NCBI GenBank assembly: GCA_902766255.1
Contig: CACXCS010000008.1
Coordinates: forward strand, 2,132 to 66,131
Source: an uncultured Bacteroidia bacterium
GTDB lineage: Bacteria; Bacteroidota; Bacteroidia; Bacteroidales; UBA932
Direction: 5' to 3'
DNA: 64,000 bases
Below the pieces are notes generated by a model. The model saw only the letters and a list, made by a program, of their open reading frames with translations. It was not told the origin of the DNA and ran no database searches. Positions within the stretch are counted from its first letter, which is position 1. Each line of letters opens with the position of its first letter. Of this stretch, positions 63,201-64,000 are shown in pieces. Made by a program: the position numbers and the translations under genes.

Positions 63201-64000
63201 CGAACGGCGACATCTTGAAGCTGGACACACCGGTGCTGAACTCGCCGGAGGGCTCGAAGGCACGCATAGTGAAGTCGATGTTGAGCATTCCGGGCACGCC
63301 GGCGCTGCGGAGGTCCATGTTGGTGGTAATCTGTACCTGGCCGTTTTCGTCGGTACGCATGTCGGAGTAGTAGCGCGACTGCGATGTGAAGGCGCGGCTT
63401 TCGTCCTTGAAATCATAGCCCTCGTAGCCCTTGAATGCGGTTCGGGCATTGGAGAGAGCCACATCGCCGTTGACCTTCAGGCCGGCGCCGGGTGCGCCAT
63501 ACAGCCAGTTGACCGTGATGGTGCCGACGCAGCTGCTCTTGGGTACCAGCCACTCGCTGTCGAACTTAAGGTCGATGTCCAGCTTGTTGGGCTTGACGGT
63601 TTCGATCTTGACGGACTTGGTGAAGGTCTGGGAACCGACCTTGACCCTTACGCGCCAGTTGCCGGTGGGAGCATCGGCCTCGGTGGTGAAGGGGAAGTGA
63701 TAGATATGGCTGCCGTCGTTCTTGACGGTGATGGTACGGGTAATGCGGCCGTCGGGGTTGCACAGCTCGGCAACCACAGGGTGACCGATGGGAAGTTCGT
63801 CTCCCTCGGCCATGGTGATGGCGCTGATGTGAAGGGTGTCACCGGGACGCCAGACTCCCCTCTCGCCGAAGATGAAGGTCTTTAGGCCGCCGCTGGATGA
63901 GGTTCCGCTGACGTCGAAGTCACTGGTAGAAAGGGACTTCTCATATTTGAGGGCCAGATAGGCCGCGCCCTTGTCGGAGGCTACGGTAACATAGCGGCCG
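60220..64000 (-). CDS. Alpha-2-macroglobulin family protein (5' end beyond window)
   Basis: ERGVWRPGD (MG2 domain), ALVDEG, the YPYGCLEQ thioester motif and DIRDDR; the frame is open to the window end. Confidence 0.95.
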   Translation of the reverse strand, partial: GRYVTVASDKGAAYLALKYEKSLSTSDFDVSGTSSSGGLKTFIFGERGVWRPGDTLHISAITMAEGDELPIGHPVVAELCNPDGRITRTITVKNDGSHIYHFPFTTEADAPTGNWRVRVKVGSQTFTKSVKIETVKPNKLDIDLKFDSEWLVPKSSCVGTITVNWLYGAPGAGLKVNGDVALSNARTAFKGYEGYDFKDESRAFTSQSRYYSDMRTDENGQVQITTNMDLRSAGVPGMLNIDFTMRAFEPSGEFSTGVSSFKMSPFDTYVGIKVDQDRTEWGEEYLKSGVAHKFNIATVGPDGKPVSVSDLHVEVCHVDWSWWWNSSSQIASYMSGKSKEILFDKHVSSQGGSGSFSYDWKNAPDGLYFIRVSDEAGGHATSMLCEVYENYSGSSKGSDAAARLSISSNKEKYSVGETAKLVIPSSAGSRALLSLEKGGRILRTEWVDCDAGSTEIKVPVTSDMLPNVYAFVTLVQPHKNTLNDAPVRMYGVHNLNVEDAASHLEPVIDIPADVKPETTLKFKVKEKNGKAMSYVVALVDEGLLGLTSFKTPDAWKAFYSKEALRVRTWDLYDDVIGAYGGKIEQLFAIGGDEESDSGALKPQGAQRFKPVVAYLGPFTLKGGKTGNHSVEVPQYIGSLRAMVIATDGKAQGSSAANVTVTKPVMVQTTLPRAMNIGETIKVPVTLMTLKDGVGNVKLNIKTDELASVVGSASQTVQSSKAGQELSYFEIKVGDKTGIAHVTTTAESANDKSTSVIEIDVLNPNPEVTRGQTALLSAGTSKEIKLDLFGTPGTNSVELELSTIPSIDLNSRLRYLITYPYGCLEQTVSAAFPQLYLDKIMTCDQSVRERSRFNVEAAIRRLQMYRRSDGSLSYWPGSDYSSLFGSAYALHFLKEAEDAGYAVPVDLKKELIAWLNRNVSNTKEDFTSRAYGVYALAAAGKPARSAMNLLRENVKKKMPAGATWLLAAAYAVDGKKSVARELAASLKYDDDVYEAYGSSDRNRAVALKTMLLTDRKEDAFKLAEIIAGRLNDKSVYMSTQSTAWSLYAVADYARANAGGVQASFTAGGKTVKVSGDKCLESRAIAVGENDKSLTVKIDNAGQGNLYAVASVTGIPPASTEKAISNKLKMSVSYTDDQHNPVKVDTLSRGRMIYAVVTVTNTGSATVRDLALNHKFPSGWEIQNDRLYSQAASYPSGVTYQDIRDDRVYSFFNLGAGKSVTVETKLIATYPGRFYLPAVSCTAMYDATVSALVPGRWVEVK

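Overview
A 64-kb, moderately GC-rich chromosomal segment from a Bacteroidales bacterium. The assignment rests on TAnnTTTG promoters, a SusC/SusD pair, T9SS components and the Bacteroidetes-type atpD-first ATP synthase operon. Content is mostly housekeeping: ileS, tsaB, greA, atpDCBEFHAG, lptB, dnaX, recO, uvrA and two deoxynucleoside kinases. Also present are a SusC/D-lipoprotein-S8 peptidase-PorV-like locus, a GH3, a partial alpha-2-macroglobulin and a decayed RHS cassette. No rRNA, tRNA, CRISPR array, transposase, integrase or reverse transcriptase was recognised. Three unexplained signals stand out. (1) Three dispersed ~126-141 bp elements share a conserved, covarying 71-72 nt structured core, each enclosed by a different but perfectly self-complementary 27-30 bp inverted repeat; two lie in frame inside tsaB and an EamA gene. 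Three simpler long hairpins (one inside atpG) may be related. (2) ileS runs without a stop codon into the TraR/DksA-family gene. (3) Three unrelated tandem doublets each have a 51-nt period. All product calls come from reading motifs by eye; no database searches were run.
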